Below, piece after piece: positions 1-11,989 of a stretch of 33,660 nucleotides of DNA. A program made the position numbers and the translations under genes. Numbering within the stretch: the stretch's first letter is position 1; each line of letters starts with the position of its first letter. The notes below the pieces were generated by a model. That model did not search any database. It was given only the letters and a program-made list of their open reading frames with translations, and was not told the origin of the DNA. Source of the DNA: Basidiobolus meristosporus CBS 931.73 (Eukaryota > Fungi > Basidiobolomycota). The stretch covers positions 1 through 33,660 of the forward strand of contig MCFE01000815.1 in assembly GCA_002104905.1 (NCBI GenBank). Reading direction: 5' to 3'.

Positions 1-500
1 GTAACATACTGATATATGTGCTCATATAGCCCCACTTGACTGTCAGACAAGCTTTGATAGGTTATTTTACTGAAATGCAAAATAAATATATCATTACTGA
101 ATGATTGCTGGAAGTAGATTTTACCTAAATCTGCTGCCAATCATAATAAGGCTGAGAATGCAAATTCTGGAGCTGTTAGCTGCCATTTGGACTACCCATA
201 ATGGAAGAAGATCCTAAAAACAAGCTCCCTGAATTGGCAGAGTTGTGATGACAAGTAATAACATGTATATCCACCTGGAGTACAGATATGGGCTGCATGA
301 TTGATTGGAAGAATGCTGCAGTTGTGTTAAGCACTTAAATGCCAGAACCAATGTACCAGGAGGAAGAGTTGAAGCTGTTAGACATGTTGTCACTCTCTAT
401 CAGTATCAAAGCAATGTGAGAAAGTATTATACCAGTCTAGCAAAATCAACTCAAGAAAGTACTACAGCCAGCCAAAAAGATTGAAGCAAACAATTGCAAG
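1..500 (+). pseudogene. Possible decayed C-terminal region of a CACTA/EnSpm-type transposase
   Basis: Stitching the three + frames gives VRQALIGYFTEMQ...AGSRFYLN...SAANHNKAENANSGAVSCHLDYP...NWQIGRVV...YIHLEYRY...VEAVRHVVTLY. This resembles, from memory, the tail of fungal CACTA transposases. Many stops and frameshifts. Tentative. Confidence 0.35.
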
Positions 501-819
501 CCTGATTGGGGTATATAGCAAAGCAACAATTGGCCAATATGCAACCAAGAGCCACTCATTAGAAAACATAATATTTTATACTTGTTATTAATATACCATT
601 TATTACAGTGGAAGAAAACACTTGGTGGTATTAAGTAACTATGGAACAAGTCTGAAAAACTGTCATTAATTAAGTTACTGCCAAGCTCTACAACTCAAAA
701 TACTAAAATATTGGAGCCTTATACCAAATTTCCAATGAAACTGGTGTTCAATACAGTATTTTTCATCAGATTTGTTTACCTACAACAAAAGTTGTGATTG
801 ATCTAAGTGGATGCCAATT

Positions 820-3386
820 TTGATTACTCTATGAATAATAATTGTGATGATCCTGTTAAAAGGCCATCACAAAGTTAAAGTCATGTGTCTAAGAGATATT
901 GATCCTGTCAGTACACCATGTAAATACTGTTGAAAAATAATTGCACCCCAATTTAAAAAAAACTAGTAATTAAAGCTTCAGGTACAACTCAATTATAATT
1001 GCTTTGACCTGTACAAGTCCCTATACCCAAAACTAACATTGAGCCCAACCCCACACTCAGCAAGTAACACTATTAGAATCCACCATTCAGTAAATATTTC
1101 TATTAGAACACCCTTTTTCCATGACTTTGGCAGGAATCCTGCGGCTTTATGCCACTGTACATTCACTGGCTCCTATATGTCCTGGTCTTCAGCTGGTACT
1201 GCAAGGTCTAGTACTTCATCTGCCAGTCTTTGCAATAAATACCTGCAATATTCATGTGAAATTTCTTGAGCACTGCTCATGAAGAAGTGCTGCAACCTCT
1301 TAGTGGCCTATTAATGGCCCAAAATTCCCCCGCAGGCATTGTGATAGTCTTTTGAGTACTTGACATTGTTGCATTGTCTGTCAGTGGGATCTCTTCTCTG
1401 TCTACAATGGAGGCGGTGGTGGACAAATTGCTTTTCTTGGCAAACTCATCTACCTCACTGGAATGTAGGTCAACAGGCTGTGCTTCCAACCTATGAGAAA
1501 AAAGCTTTTGTCTTGTTGGGCATTCTTTGTGTCTATGAGGAGATTCAGCCCATTCTGGGCTGATGGCATTAACTGGTGCAAACTACAGCTTTTCTCTCAT
1601 ACTTCCCTCTCTCTGGCTTGGGTAATGTTTTTCTCTTTACCCTTACCTTTATTACTGCCAAGTTTTTCACTGCTACTTTAAATCAGTGCTTCTTGTATTG
1701 TGCTTTGTTTTCTCCTTGAAGAATGCTGTACTGAAGCATCTTTTTTTGCCTGCTTGACCATTGCCTGCACTCTCCTGGCTACCTACTATTTTTTTATTGC
1801 TTGTCTGGGACTATTGGCCCTGCTTGTAATGAGTGCCTGAGAAAGCTGCAGGTTTTATCAATGCCAGGTTCTTTGCTGCTATTGTGACTGAGTGTTTCTT
1901 GTGATAAATTACATTTTCTCCTTGATAGATGCTACACTGATTCATCTGTTTCTGTCTGCCTGTCCCTTACTGGCACTCCTCAAGCTATCTGATGTTTTTT
2001 TACTACTTGTTTAGAGCTTTCAGCCAAAGCTTGTGACAAGCTCTTGAGGAAGCTGCTGGTTTTTAGCAGTGGCACCTTTGTTTTCTGCTATTCTTGAGAT
2101 ACCTTCTGAGCATACAAATGCTGGCCCAAAATCTGTTTGCTTGCTTGAATCTAGGATATAGCTCATGGAACAAGTCAGGTGCATTCTGCTTAGCCATCAG
2201 TCCCTGATGTTCCCATGGCATGCTGGCCTTAAGATTATGCTATGCTAGACTTCTAACAGCCTTTGAATATTGGCCCACACCTCATCATTGCACTTAATGG
2301 CTTCACAGATCTTCAATGTCTTTTGATTTTTAGGCATGGGAATAAGCACCACAGACTCTCACTCCCATTCTATGATAGGCTTTTCTGTTGGCTCTATCTC
2401 TGGGCACTAATGTTGTGCTTCAAAGATTGAATGGTGTTCCTATGCTGTTACATTAGGAAATGGCCCAATTCATGGCTGTAATATCAAGCTACTTGGGTTC
2501 CTTCTAGGCAGCAAAGATGCCGTGTTCCCTACCTGAGATACTGATTGCTCTATATGTATTATTTGCTCATCCTGTTTCTGGAACATTTGATGACTTCTCT
2601 GGGCCATAACATGTATCCTATCAGGTACTGCACATAACTACCTCATCAATGCTTTGGTATGAGCTGACAACATACTTGCAATATGGGTGGTGGTAATGTT
2701 ATGTTGGCCATTTGCTGGTCTTCAACAGAGGGTACTGCATTTACTCCATTCTCATGTGCCTGAGCATTATGGTCAACTTGCAGTTCTGCAGAGGTTCTAA
2801 TCTGCCTACTTGGCTGAGAGCCCAAGGAGTCTGCATTGTTACCTTTGGTGGGCACACTGTCAACATGGCCTTTTTTGGATGCAGCCCTGCTTGTTGCACT
2901 GAATGTCAAAGCAAGCTGTTGTCCAGCTACTCTTCAGCTGCTGTCAACAGTGGGGTTTAATTGGGAACCAGACAACTTTGCTTTACTTTTTCTTAGTATA
3001 TATAGGGAAGTGAGTCATACCAAAGTGGAAATAGAAAAACATATATGTGTGTATGTGGTCCCACAACTTAATTCATAATGCATACTATGGCAGGCCATCA
3101 TTGAATTTCACATTCACATATGTGCAATGTTTCAAATACAAGACTCTCTTAAATTCACACAAGTATCAACAGAAAAATGCTATAATAGCATAACATTGTT
3201 GAGTGTCAAGCTGTTTGCCCCATGGAGAAGACTACTTTGATTCAATGCCATTGGAAAAGAGAAAAAAGACCATGTGGCTATTGTAACAAGCCTCTCAGCC
3301 ATGAAGCATGCAGGCAGCAAAGCAAGTATTACAAGGCTCATGGATAGTGTTTTGTCACACAAGTAATATTTTGACCATTCATCAGT
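820..3386. mobile_element. Two-gene CACTA-like element, copy 1 (partner ORF remnant on -, transposase N-terminus on + from ATG 3222), cut off by a foldback element
   Basis: Colinear homology with 17549-20530 and, inverted, with 11600-13433 and 4117-5080. 3222 reads MEKTTLIQCHWKREKRPCGYCNKPLSHEACRQQSKYY, the same segment that leads into the Tnp2 domain in the other copies. Confidence 0.7.
2931..3222. promoter_or_regulatory. Putative bidirectional promoter between partner ORF and transposase
   Basis: About 290 bp separate the two divergent starts in three copies once MITEs are removed. TATA-like TATATA near 3000 and TATAAT near 3181 recur in the other copies. Inference only. Confidence 0.3.
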
Positions 3387-4116
3387 AGACTTGCTTGGTT
3401 GGATAGTGCCACATTGAGCCATGAGTGTCAAATAGTGCCATAATGTGCCAGAGAGGCATAGCATACCTAAACTTGGCAACAGAGTGTAAAGCATAGCTCC
3501 TCATCTTCATGCAAAGCGGCCCATGTATTTCACCCCCATGCTGGAGAAATTCCATTTTTTGACCGTTTTTTTGGATCAATGTTGTGCAGGATGTGTAAGA
3601 GCTCAGAAGGACTGAAGACAAGCATCTGGTACTCAATACCCATGGCACTCTGAATCTAGCTCCTGTGGCTTGTATCAGGTCACAAACATGAATGGCACTA
3701 TCTTGGTCCACTGGTACTATCTGGCACTAAAAGTGCTTTGTATAGGTTTTACTTTAGGGCTACTATTTAATATAGTGCCAGATAGTACCAGTGGACCAAG
3801 ATAGTGCCATTCATGTTTGTGACCTGATACAAGCCACAGGAGCTAGATTCAGAGTGCCATGGGTATTGAGTACCAGATGCTTGTCTTCAGTCCTTCTGTG
3901 CTCTTACACATTCTGCACAACAATGATCCAAAAAAAATGGTCAAAAAATGAATTGTTGCCAGCACAATGGGTGAGCACAGGGGCTGCTTTGTACAAAGAT
4001 GAAGAGCTATATTTCACACTCTGTGGCCAATTTTAGGTCTGCTATGCCTCTCTGGTGCACTATGGCATCATTTGGCACCCATGGCTCAATGTGTCACTAT
4101 TCAACAGAACAGGTCT
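3387..4116. mobile_element. Foldback (long inverted-repeat) non-autonomous DNA transposon, Pangu/PHIS-like, copy 1
   Basis: Ends AGACTTG...CAGGTCT, arms of about 340 bp around a ~50-bp spacer. Flanks are AGT left and ATT right (both A-N-T but not identical). Confidence 0.85.
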
Positions 4117-5080
4117 ATTGCACCTACATGAATGTTAGATTCAATGATGACCTGCCATAGTGAGCATTATAAATAAAGTTGTGGCACCACAAACATCTGT
4201 ATATGTAACACCAATTTCACCTTTGGTTTGACTCACTTCCATATATATGCAGCCAAAAAATAAAGCAAAGTTGCATGGTTCCCAACCACACACCACCACT
4301 GACAGCAGCAGAAGAATGGTCAGACAACAGCTTGCTTTGACATACTGTGCAGCAAGTGGAGCTACAACTAAAAAAGGCTCAGTGGACAGTGTGTCCACTA
4401 AAGGTAATAATGTGCACTTCTAAGGCTCTCAGTCAAGTTGGCTATTGGGAATCTCTGCAGAGCCACAAGCTGACCAAGTTGCTGTGGCAGATAAGAATGT
4501 AGCAAGAGCACTACCTCCAGCCAGAGACCAGCAAGTGGCCATCATAACATCACCACCACCAGTATTAGCAAGTATGTTGTCAGCTTATACCAAAGCATTA
4601 ATGAGGCAATTAGGTGCAGTGGCTGCTAGGATAAATACAATGGCCCAGAGTGATCAGGAAATAGTCCAGAAACAGGATGAGCAGACAAAAGATGCAGAGA
4701 GATCAATATCCTGTATTGAGTAAGCACTATCTATACTGCAAAGAAGGAACTTTAGTAGCTCATATCACATCCAAGAATTGAGCCATTTCCCAATGTAACA
4801 GCAGGGGAACACTGTACAGCCTTTGAAGCACAACAACAGTGCTCAAGGATAAAGCCCACAGAAAAACCTATTACCACATAGGAGCAGCAGAATGTAGAGT
4901 TTATACCAAAGCCTAAGAATCAAAAGACATTGGAGATCCATGAAGCCATTGAGTGCAATGATGAGAGTGGGCTAACATTCAAAAGGCTGTTAGAAGTTTA
5001 GAACACCTACACCTTGAGACCAGTATACTGTTGGACCATTGGGAACTCAAGGTCAAGCAGAATGCACCTGACTTGCTCCA
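4117..5080. mobile_element. Two-gene CACTA-like element, copy 2 (inverted; 5' part of partner ORF on +, ATG 4316)
   Basis: Reverse-complement homolog of about 2170-3130 and 19110-20070. Confidence 0.75.
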
Positions 5081-5567
5081 TGACACAATCTCATGACATC
5101 CTTGACCTTGCATGATTTGACCAAATCTAGTTGGTGAAGAGATTGCAGTTCCTTCTAGAAAGTTCTACTGCATTCTAGCAACTACTGGAAAGCTCCAAGT
5201 CAACATTACACAATGGAACATTCTATGGAAGCTTCCCTTTGGAAATTATGTAGCTCACTACCATATATGGTAGTTGCATGTTGCATAACCTAGTTGCATG
5301 ATTAGCTGACTCATGTCATATCCCCATGTAATGTTCTAATCTGTTCTTTAGTATATTTCTATCTTGACACACTTACTGTGCCTTGCCCCAAAACCCATCA
5401 TTATTAGCCAATATCTCATGGCATCTATATTGCCAAAAAGTATATATAGATATATCCCCCCTTATGTGTTCCTCAGTCTGATAATCACAGGTCTTGAATA
5501 AACAGCCTTGCCTTGTTGATCCACACCTAAGTCCTTTCCTGGTCCTGCCTTGTGTCATTTCATAACA
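5081..5567 (+). repeat. 5' LTR of Ty3/gypsy element B (start approximate)
   Basis: Ends TCATAACA at 5567. TATA-like tract near 5441, AATAAA at 5497, followed by a leader and gag. Left boundary is set by loss of homology to the CACTA-like copy. Confidence 0.55.
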
Positions 5568-5986
5568 GCTTTATCAGACACCTCTTGATTTACCTGTGGA
5601 TCTCTACCTTCTACTTAAAGTTCTTGAGAAGAGCTTGTAAAGGAATACCTACTGTCAGTATCACCCTATATCTTTCCCTAGTCTTGTCCTCTAAAGGCAA
5701 GGATATTTCATCTTTGCAAAATTATTGGCCAAAGCTGCATTCACTTTATTACCCTGCTGGTGTAGTATACAGCTGTTACAGTATTGGAAGCCTTAGTACA
5801 ATACTCTATCAAAGGATGTCAAAGCCATTACATGGTGAAGTGTTCTTAACTTATTCAAGGTTAGGAACTGTAGCTCAATAATTGTATTCTTGACAATCTA
5901 GTAGCTTTATAACCCATATATTAGCTAGTAGCATCCAGTACTCTTGAACAAGCTCAAGAAACCTCTCCACCTCCTGCTACCCCAAC

Positions 5987-6263
5987 ATGTCCAGTCCAGA
6001 GTACATCTTTGCAAGCATCATGGCTGTCTTTGCCCAGCTGTAACAAGACAGTGCAGATCTCAGAAACACTGCTGCACAGCTTCAGAGCCAAAATACTCAA
6101 TAGCCTATCCATACTCCATCCTACCATGATCAAAAGATCCCTTCCACCACCAAGTTCATTGGCTGCCAAAATAAGTTCTGAGGTTTCATCAACATAGTTG
6201 AACACCACTTGTTGCTGCAACCCAATTGGATCTGAACAGATCAAGCAAAAGTAGGATATATCC
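5987..6263 (+). pseudogene. gag: Ty3/gypsy (Tf1/chromovirus-like) gag remnant, element B
   Basis: Reads MSSPEYIF...QKIPSTTKFIGCQNKF*GFINIVEHHLLLQPNWI*TDQAKVGYI, matching the KFxGxRxKFRGF...LQPxxYxTDxAKVG gag motif. Stops look like CAA/CAG/CGA C-to-T changes. Confidence 0.8.
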
Positions 6264-8959
6264 CTAAACAATAGCCAATATTAGTCTGATGGACTTAAAC
6301 TTGGCTACCGGTGCAAAGGTCTCAGTATAGTCAGGTCCTTTTGTTTGAGAGTATCCTTTGGCTACAAGTCTTGCTTTGTATCTTTCAATTTTATCATCAG
6401 CCTTGTATTTTGTCTTGAAGACCCATCTGCATCCAATTGATTTTTGGTTGAATAGTAATTTGACTAAGTCCCAAATTTGATTTTCCATCAGGGCCTGATA
6501 TTCCTTGGTCATTGCAGATCTCCAAAGCTTTGTCTGAGGGCTATTTAGGGCCTCTTTTACAGTCTGGGGCTCATCAATATGGACTGAATAGGCATAGGCT
6601 AAGTTTGTACCCTCATTGATACAGTAATTTGCGCTATTTCTTGTCCAATTGGATATCTGGGCATATGATACTGAAATGATCACTTCTGCAATATTCCTGG
6701 GCACTGATTCTGGCTGAACCACAGCTGTAGAGTCCTCTGGACTGAAAAGAATTTCATTGTTTTGCACTGATTCAATCCTGACAATTGGTGGACTTGAGAT
6801 CAAATTTTTGTCATCATCTGATGTCATTTTTTGTAAAAATTTTGAATTTTCATCAAACAACACATCCCTGGACTTGATTAGCTTCTTTGCTTTGGTATAG
6901 TAGAGTCTGTATGCCTTACTTGCATTGCAGTAGCCCAAAAATATGCATTTTACACTTTTTGGCTCAAATTTTGACTGATTTCCGGCCAGTTTTTTGGCAT
7001 ATGTTGTACACCCAAACATTCTTAGATGTTCTGCACTTGATCTGTATCCTTACCATGCTTCAAATGGAGTATAATCACAAAATATTCTGTTATTACTCCT
7101 ATTTTTAAGATACACAGCAGTGGCAACTGATTCTGCCCAAAAATCATAGGATAATTTTTGATCATGGATAACAGAACTTGCCATATCAATTATTGATCTG
7201 TTAACACGTTCTGCTACTCCATTTTGCTGTGGGGATTATGGTACAGTATTCTCTTGCTTTATCTCATGAATTTTGCAGAAGTGGATAAAGAGTTCTGAGG
7301 TATATTCTCCACCATTGTCAGATTGTATTTTCTTGATTTTTTCACCAGTTTCTCTCTCCACCATGGCTTTAAGCTCCCTGAGCTTAGCCAGAGCTTCTTC
7401 CTTTCTCTCCATGAAGTAGACCCATGTGTATTTTGTATAATCATCAATAAAAGTGATTAAATACTTCATCCTGCCTAGGGATAAATTTTACATAGGTCCA
7501 CAGATCTGAGTGAATTAGATCTAACTTTTTCTTAGTTTTGATTAACCCAGAGCTCTTGGATGGTTGTCTGGCTTGTTTCCCATATGTGCAGGCTTCACAG
7601 TGCTCCAAATTAGCTGGGGGATCAGTTTTCACTCCAGAAATTAGCTGATCTTTGATCATTTTGCGCAAAAAATTGAAATTGATGTGCCCAAATCTCTTGT
7701 GCTAAAGCATTGGTGTTTCTTCATTTAAGTTACTTATATTGGCTTCCAAATAGGATGGAATATAAGTCAGCTTGTATAGGTTCAGATCTCTGATACCCAA
7801 AGCAATATGGGCACCATTTTGATCAGTGATCTTGCATCCTGAATTGTCAAAGCTGAAACTGAGTCCATCTGCAGTGACCTTGCTTACAGATGGTAGGTTC
7901 TTGGCTTTTTCTGGTAAATAGAGTACTTCTTTAAAGGTCAGTGTATGGCTTTCTTCACTGCTTCTTAGGTTTACTTGGATAGTTCCTTCTCCCACTGCAT
8001 CAAGTGTTCTATTGTCACCCATGAAAACCTTCTTAATTGGAATTTCTTGATATTGGGTAAAAAGTTCTTTTTGGTGTGTAAAGTGTTGAGATGCTCCAGA
8101 GTCAATATACCACTTCTGAGAATCCTTATTTGTGGTCATGTTTAGTGCATATATGAATAGTATATCTTCAGTTGTTGGAGCATTTCCATATTCAGGCTTC
8201 TTTTGCTGATTATCTTTCTTTTTGAGACACTGGTCTGATGTGTGTCCTTTCCTTTTGCAGTAGTTAAAAAACAGGTTGCTGTTACCTTTGTAGGGTCTTG
8301 GGTACCTCCTTTGTTGGTTATCATTGCTTATTAAGGCATTTTCTTCTTCCTTCTTATTGGCGCTTGATTTTCTTAATTCTTCATGCAGGAGCCTTCCATA
8401 TATGTAATTTAAGGTCAAATCTTCAGTTCTGGACTCTAAGGCTGATACAAGGCCCTGAAACATGTCTGTCAGGCTAGTCAGGATGGTAACTATCACATCC
8501 TCATCAGTAGTTGGTACGCCCACAGATTCCATCTCATCTACCAGCATGGTTATTCTGTTAATTAGATTTTTCATTTCTTCTCCTGGCGGCATCTTTGTAG
8601 TAAAGAGTTTTTGTCTCATATACATTTTCTTAGCAGCTGAACATGACTGGTAGGTGTCTTCTAGTGCCTTCCAGGCATTCTTTGCCGTCTTTGCTCTTGA
8701 GCATTGAATTAGCAATTTGTCTTTAATATAGAGGCAAATGCAGTTAAAGGCACTTTGTTCTTTCTTCTGGTACTTTAAGGCTTCCTCTCTCATGTTTTTA
8801 GGAGGGCATTCTTCTCCCATGACAATATCCCAAAGTCTCTTTCTTGTAGCAGCATCTTCATCTCACCTTCCACACTTGGTAGTTAGCTCCTTCCAACTTT
8901 TCAGCGGAGAGAAAAAATCCTGTAATAGCAGTAGTAGACATTGAAGAGAGTGATAGCTT

Positions 8960-8972
8960 GGGGCTCATAACC
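8960..8972 (-). promoter_or_regulatory. Primer-binding site GGTTATGAGCCCC (anticodon stem-loop of initiator tRNA-Met, half-tRNA priming)
   Basis: Directly follows the LTR and is identical to 31106-31118. Confidence 0.9.
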
Positions 8973-9320
8973 AGTTGTAAGAGTCTTGGTGATATTGGAA
9001 GTGATTGGGAGGACAAGTAGATTATGTGGTTTTCACTTAATGATTTACTGAATGTTAAAGTAGTATTTATACTTTTACCTGGTCTTGGCATAACAAACAT
9101 GTAAAATAGGTTAAGAAAGGTCCCAAGAACATGTGTGCAAAGTTTAGGGCTGTGTGACAACTTTGAGAATTTTCATGTTCTGGGTACCTGTTATTTTGGT
9201 GAAAATATTCCAAGTAAATCCCAACAAGGAATTTTGGTCAGTTTTCTCTAGGATTTGAAGGTGATGATCTAAGTGACTAAGTTAGGTGAGTATTTAGGTG
9301 GAAATATAAATTTTACATCA
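8973..9320 (-). repeat. 5' LTR of copia A (348 bp)
   Basis: Starts TGATGTAA and ends TTACAACT on -, each one base off the TGTTGTAA/TTACAACA ends of the solo copy at 13440-13789. Confidence 0.9.
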
Positions 9321-10364
9321 CCATTGACCTTGAAGACAGAAAAACCTAACCTTTTGGCCCTATCTACAACCTCTCACAGCCTGAGTTGAAAGAACTCCAT
9401 GGCTATATCAAAGAGAACCTCCAGAAAGGCTTTATTATGCACTCCAAGTCCCCTGCCAGTTCCCCAATCATCTTTGTCAACAAAAAGGATAGTACCCTTA
9501 GGATGTGTGTAGACTACTGTGCACTGAATAACATCACAATCAAGAACCACTACCTTTTGCCCCTTATCAACACCCTGTTGGATCAGGTCTCTGTTGCCAA
9601 AGTATTTACCAAAATTGATCTCAGAGGAGCTTTTAACCTTGTCAGGATCAAGCCTGGCAATGAATGGAAACCTACCTTCCAAACCTCATATGGTTGCTTT
9701 GAGTATAAAGTTATGCAATTTGGTCTCATCAATGCCCCAGCTGTCTTTCAACACCTAATGAATGACATATCCCTTGAGTACCTTGACCAATCTGTGGTTA
9801 TCTACCTTAGGATATTATGATCTACTCCAAGACTCAAGAATAACATAATGCATATGTGAAGAAAGTCTTGACCAAGCTTGACACTGTTGGCTTCTATGCC
9901 AAGCTAGAAAAATTTGAGCTTGACCAGAAAGAAGTTGAGTTCCTAGGTTATCACATTGGCTCAAATGGAACAAGAATGGACCACAAGAAAGTAGAAGCCA
10001 TCCAGTCCTAGAAAACTCCCTGTTCTGTAAAACAATTGCAATCCTTCCTTGGATTTGCCAACTTCTACTGTAAGTTCATTGCCAGCTACCCCAAGATAGT
10101 TACTCCCTTGACAAAGCTCACCCAGAAAAATCTGCCCTTTGCCTGGGATGAGGAACAGTCTCAGTCCTTTGATTCTATCAAGAAATCCCTCTTGTGTGCC
10201 CCCTGCTTGCCCAGCCTGACCTGGAGAAACCTCTCATCAAAGAAACCAATACCTCTGACTTTGCCCTTGATGTCATCCTTTCCCAGTATGATGACAAGAA
10301 TGTGCTATGGCCTATTGCATTCTACTATTGAAAGTTTACTCCAGCTGAAGTAAACTATGATATT
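9321..10364 (+). pseudogene. pol: Ty3/gypsy reverse transcriptase and start of RNase H, element B
   Basis: [32 protein letters not shown]...[23 protein letters not shown]...[11 protein letters not shown]...FLGFANFY...ILSQYDDKNVLWPIAFY...AEVNYDI, truncated at 10364. Confidence 0.95.
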
Positions 10365-11767
10365 AATGTGGTCATCAGTATGAGGATACTGCTGAAAAGC
10401 AAATGAACTGCTCCCAGTGGAAAGCTTTTGCTTCAATATATATCCTCTATCTTAAGTATCTCTGGCTTCTGATTGATTCCATATTTGGGCCAATGGCATA
10501 TTGCTTGCTAACTTTGCTGAATTGCATGCTGACTTGTGTACATTTTCTCTGCGGAAAGATAATATTCCCAGTGTTGGTGTTTGGGTAATAATAATACATG
10601 TGAGTAATGGAGTAAGTCCCCATGGATCTCACACATTTGACAGCAGTACTATCCATTGTGCCCAGAAAAGCCAGCTATCTTGCTGATGGCTGGGGTATTT
10701 GCAAGACAGATAATAATATGCACTTCTATATGACAGCCATAAACAATTATCCTGCTGGAAAGCATACAAAGCACATCCAGCAATGGACATAGGTAGCTAT
10801 CCAGGTGGACAGTGATTTAGGCCCAGATACCAGTGAGACTACCATTAGATTTCTGCTCTGATACCACAAGCTAGGTGGTAGATCCAGGTTGATGAGAATC
10901 AGTGGTCAGCAGAATTTGCCAGTAGAGTACTTGTTTAAGGGGAATCCATGAAGTGCCAAGGCAAAGGCATGGCCATACATACCCTCAAGGTAGCCCATGC
11001 TAGTTAGCTGTTTGTAATGTTTGTTATTGAGTATATTGGATATGTTTGAGCTTAATTGATACTGAGTGCAGTACTTTATAGCTTCACAATACTTGTTGGA
11101 CTGCATGAGCTTCTTTAGACAGGGCATTACCCAAATACATACAGAGTGTGAACAACATTTACCCCCAATGGTGGTGGATTCCTGACAAGTTGGACACCTT
11201 GCAATGGTGGCATTTTCTGATGTGAATTCCATGCAAATGTTAATACATGCTGGTATCTGGATAGTCTCTGGGTCATATGTTGCCTGCCACATGATGGTTG
11301 TCCACCTATAACTTGTGCATGGTAAGTTGCATCCTGGGATGATTTTTGCAAGAAGTAGTAGTAAATCCTCAAAGCCCCCACTACTGATATTAGTGGAAAC
11401 ACACCACTTCTCTAGCCACAACATCACATCAGTCATCAGTAAGTGATTACTGGGCTCACTTGACTCCACAAAGTATCCTTGGCATTTTTTTCAACAGGTG
11501 TTGTCTCATTGCCTATAGGGATTTGACTGGGCTCATACATGGTACTGTTGTTAGGGGAGATAGGCTTCATCAAGTGGCCAACAAGATATTGTAGGTACAG
11601 TAGTGACTGGTGAATGGTCAAATATGACTTGTGTGGCAAAACACTTGCCATGATCCCTGTATTACTTCCTACGCTGTCTGCATGCTTTATGGCTAAGTGA
11701 CCTGCTACAATGGCCACATGATCTTTTTTGCTTTTCTTACAGTGTTGATCAAAGTAGTCTTGTCCAT
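10365..11767 (-). pseudogene. CACTA/EnSpm Tnp2 (Transposase_21-like) transposase remnant
   Basis: ORF 10906-11469 has NLPCTSY...ACINICMEFT...RCPTC...FALALHGFPL. Downstream frames give AGFSGHNGxYCCQMC and YGINQKPEILKIEDIYxSKSFPLGAVHLLF, all typical Tnp2 blocks. Confidence 0.85.
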
Positions 11768-11779
11768 GGAGAAGATATT

Positions 11780-11989
11780 AGACTTGTTCCATCATTCCAG
11801 CTGATCATAGTGCCCAATAGTGCCATAGCATGCCAGATGGTGCCTGATCATGCCACAGAGTGCCAGAGGGTGCCATACATTGCCAATTTGTGATCAAAAT
11901 TGAGATGCATATGTCCCTAAATGTCAAATTAATAACAAAATATACAGCACTTTCTGGCACTATGATCAATGGTACAATGGAACAAGTCT
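11780..11989. mobile_element. 210-bp MITE of the AGACTTG family (Pangu/PHIS-like)
   Basis: TIR AGACTTGTTCCA...TGGAACAAGTCT with a perfect ATT duplication (11777-11779, 11990-11992). Removing it restores the length of the empty site in copy 1. Confidence 0.9.

Larger units (their letters stand above)
6264..9320 (-). mobile_element. gag-pol: Ty1/copia element A (5' LTR, PBS, gag, protease, integrase, start of RT); 3' half deleted; inserted into gypsy B pol
   Basis: gag from ATG near 8942 with two 1-bp frameshifts. Zinc-knuckle-like CKRKGHTSDQC, protease WYIDSGAS, L*HKRFGH, integrase IQSDNGGEY, RT start WVFKTKYKADDKIERYKARLVAKGY. Several stops and frameshifts. Confidence 0.95.

Noticed and set aside
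606-623. CAGTG...CACTT as abutting CACTA-type termini
   Set aside because: Similarity does not extend into a real inverted repeat, and there is no second copy to test it against.
641-653. ATGGAACAAGTCT as the right end of an autonomous AGACTTG-family element (similar string at 2164-2176)
   Set aside because: It is followed by GAA rather than A-N-T, has no adjacent TGCC motifs, and no Harbinger-type transposase motif is seen upstream. The 2164 string is inside the partner ORF.
3382-4036. Paired ORFs MDQDSAIHV... (also MGIEYQ/MGIDYQ... at 24436-25101) as duplicated genes
   Set aside because: They are mirror readings of foldback arms. Frame and length are not kept between copies.
11811-11884. 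CRISPR-like or satellite reading of the TGCC array
   Set aside because: The repeat is only 4 nt with 6-nt spacers, it lies inside a TIR-bounded MITE, and there are no cas genes in this eukaryotic context.
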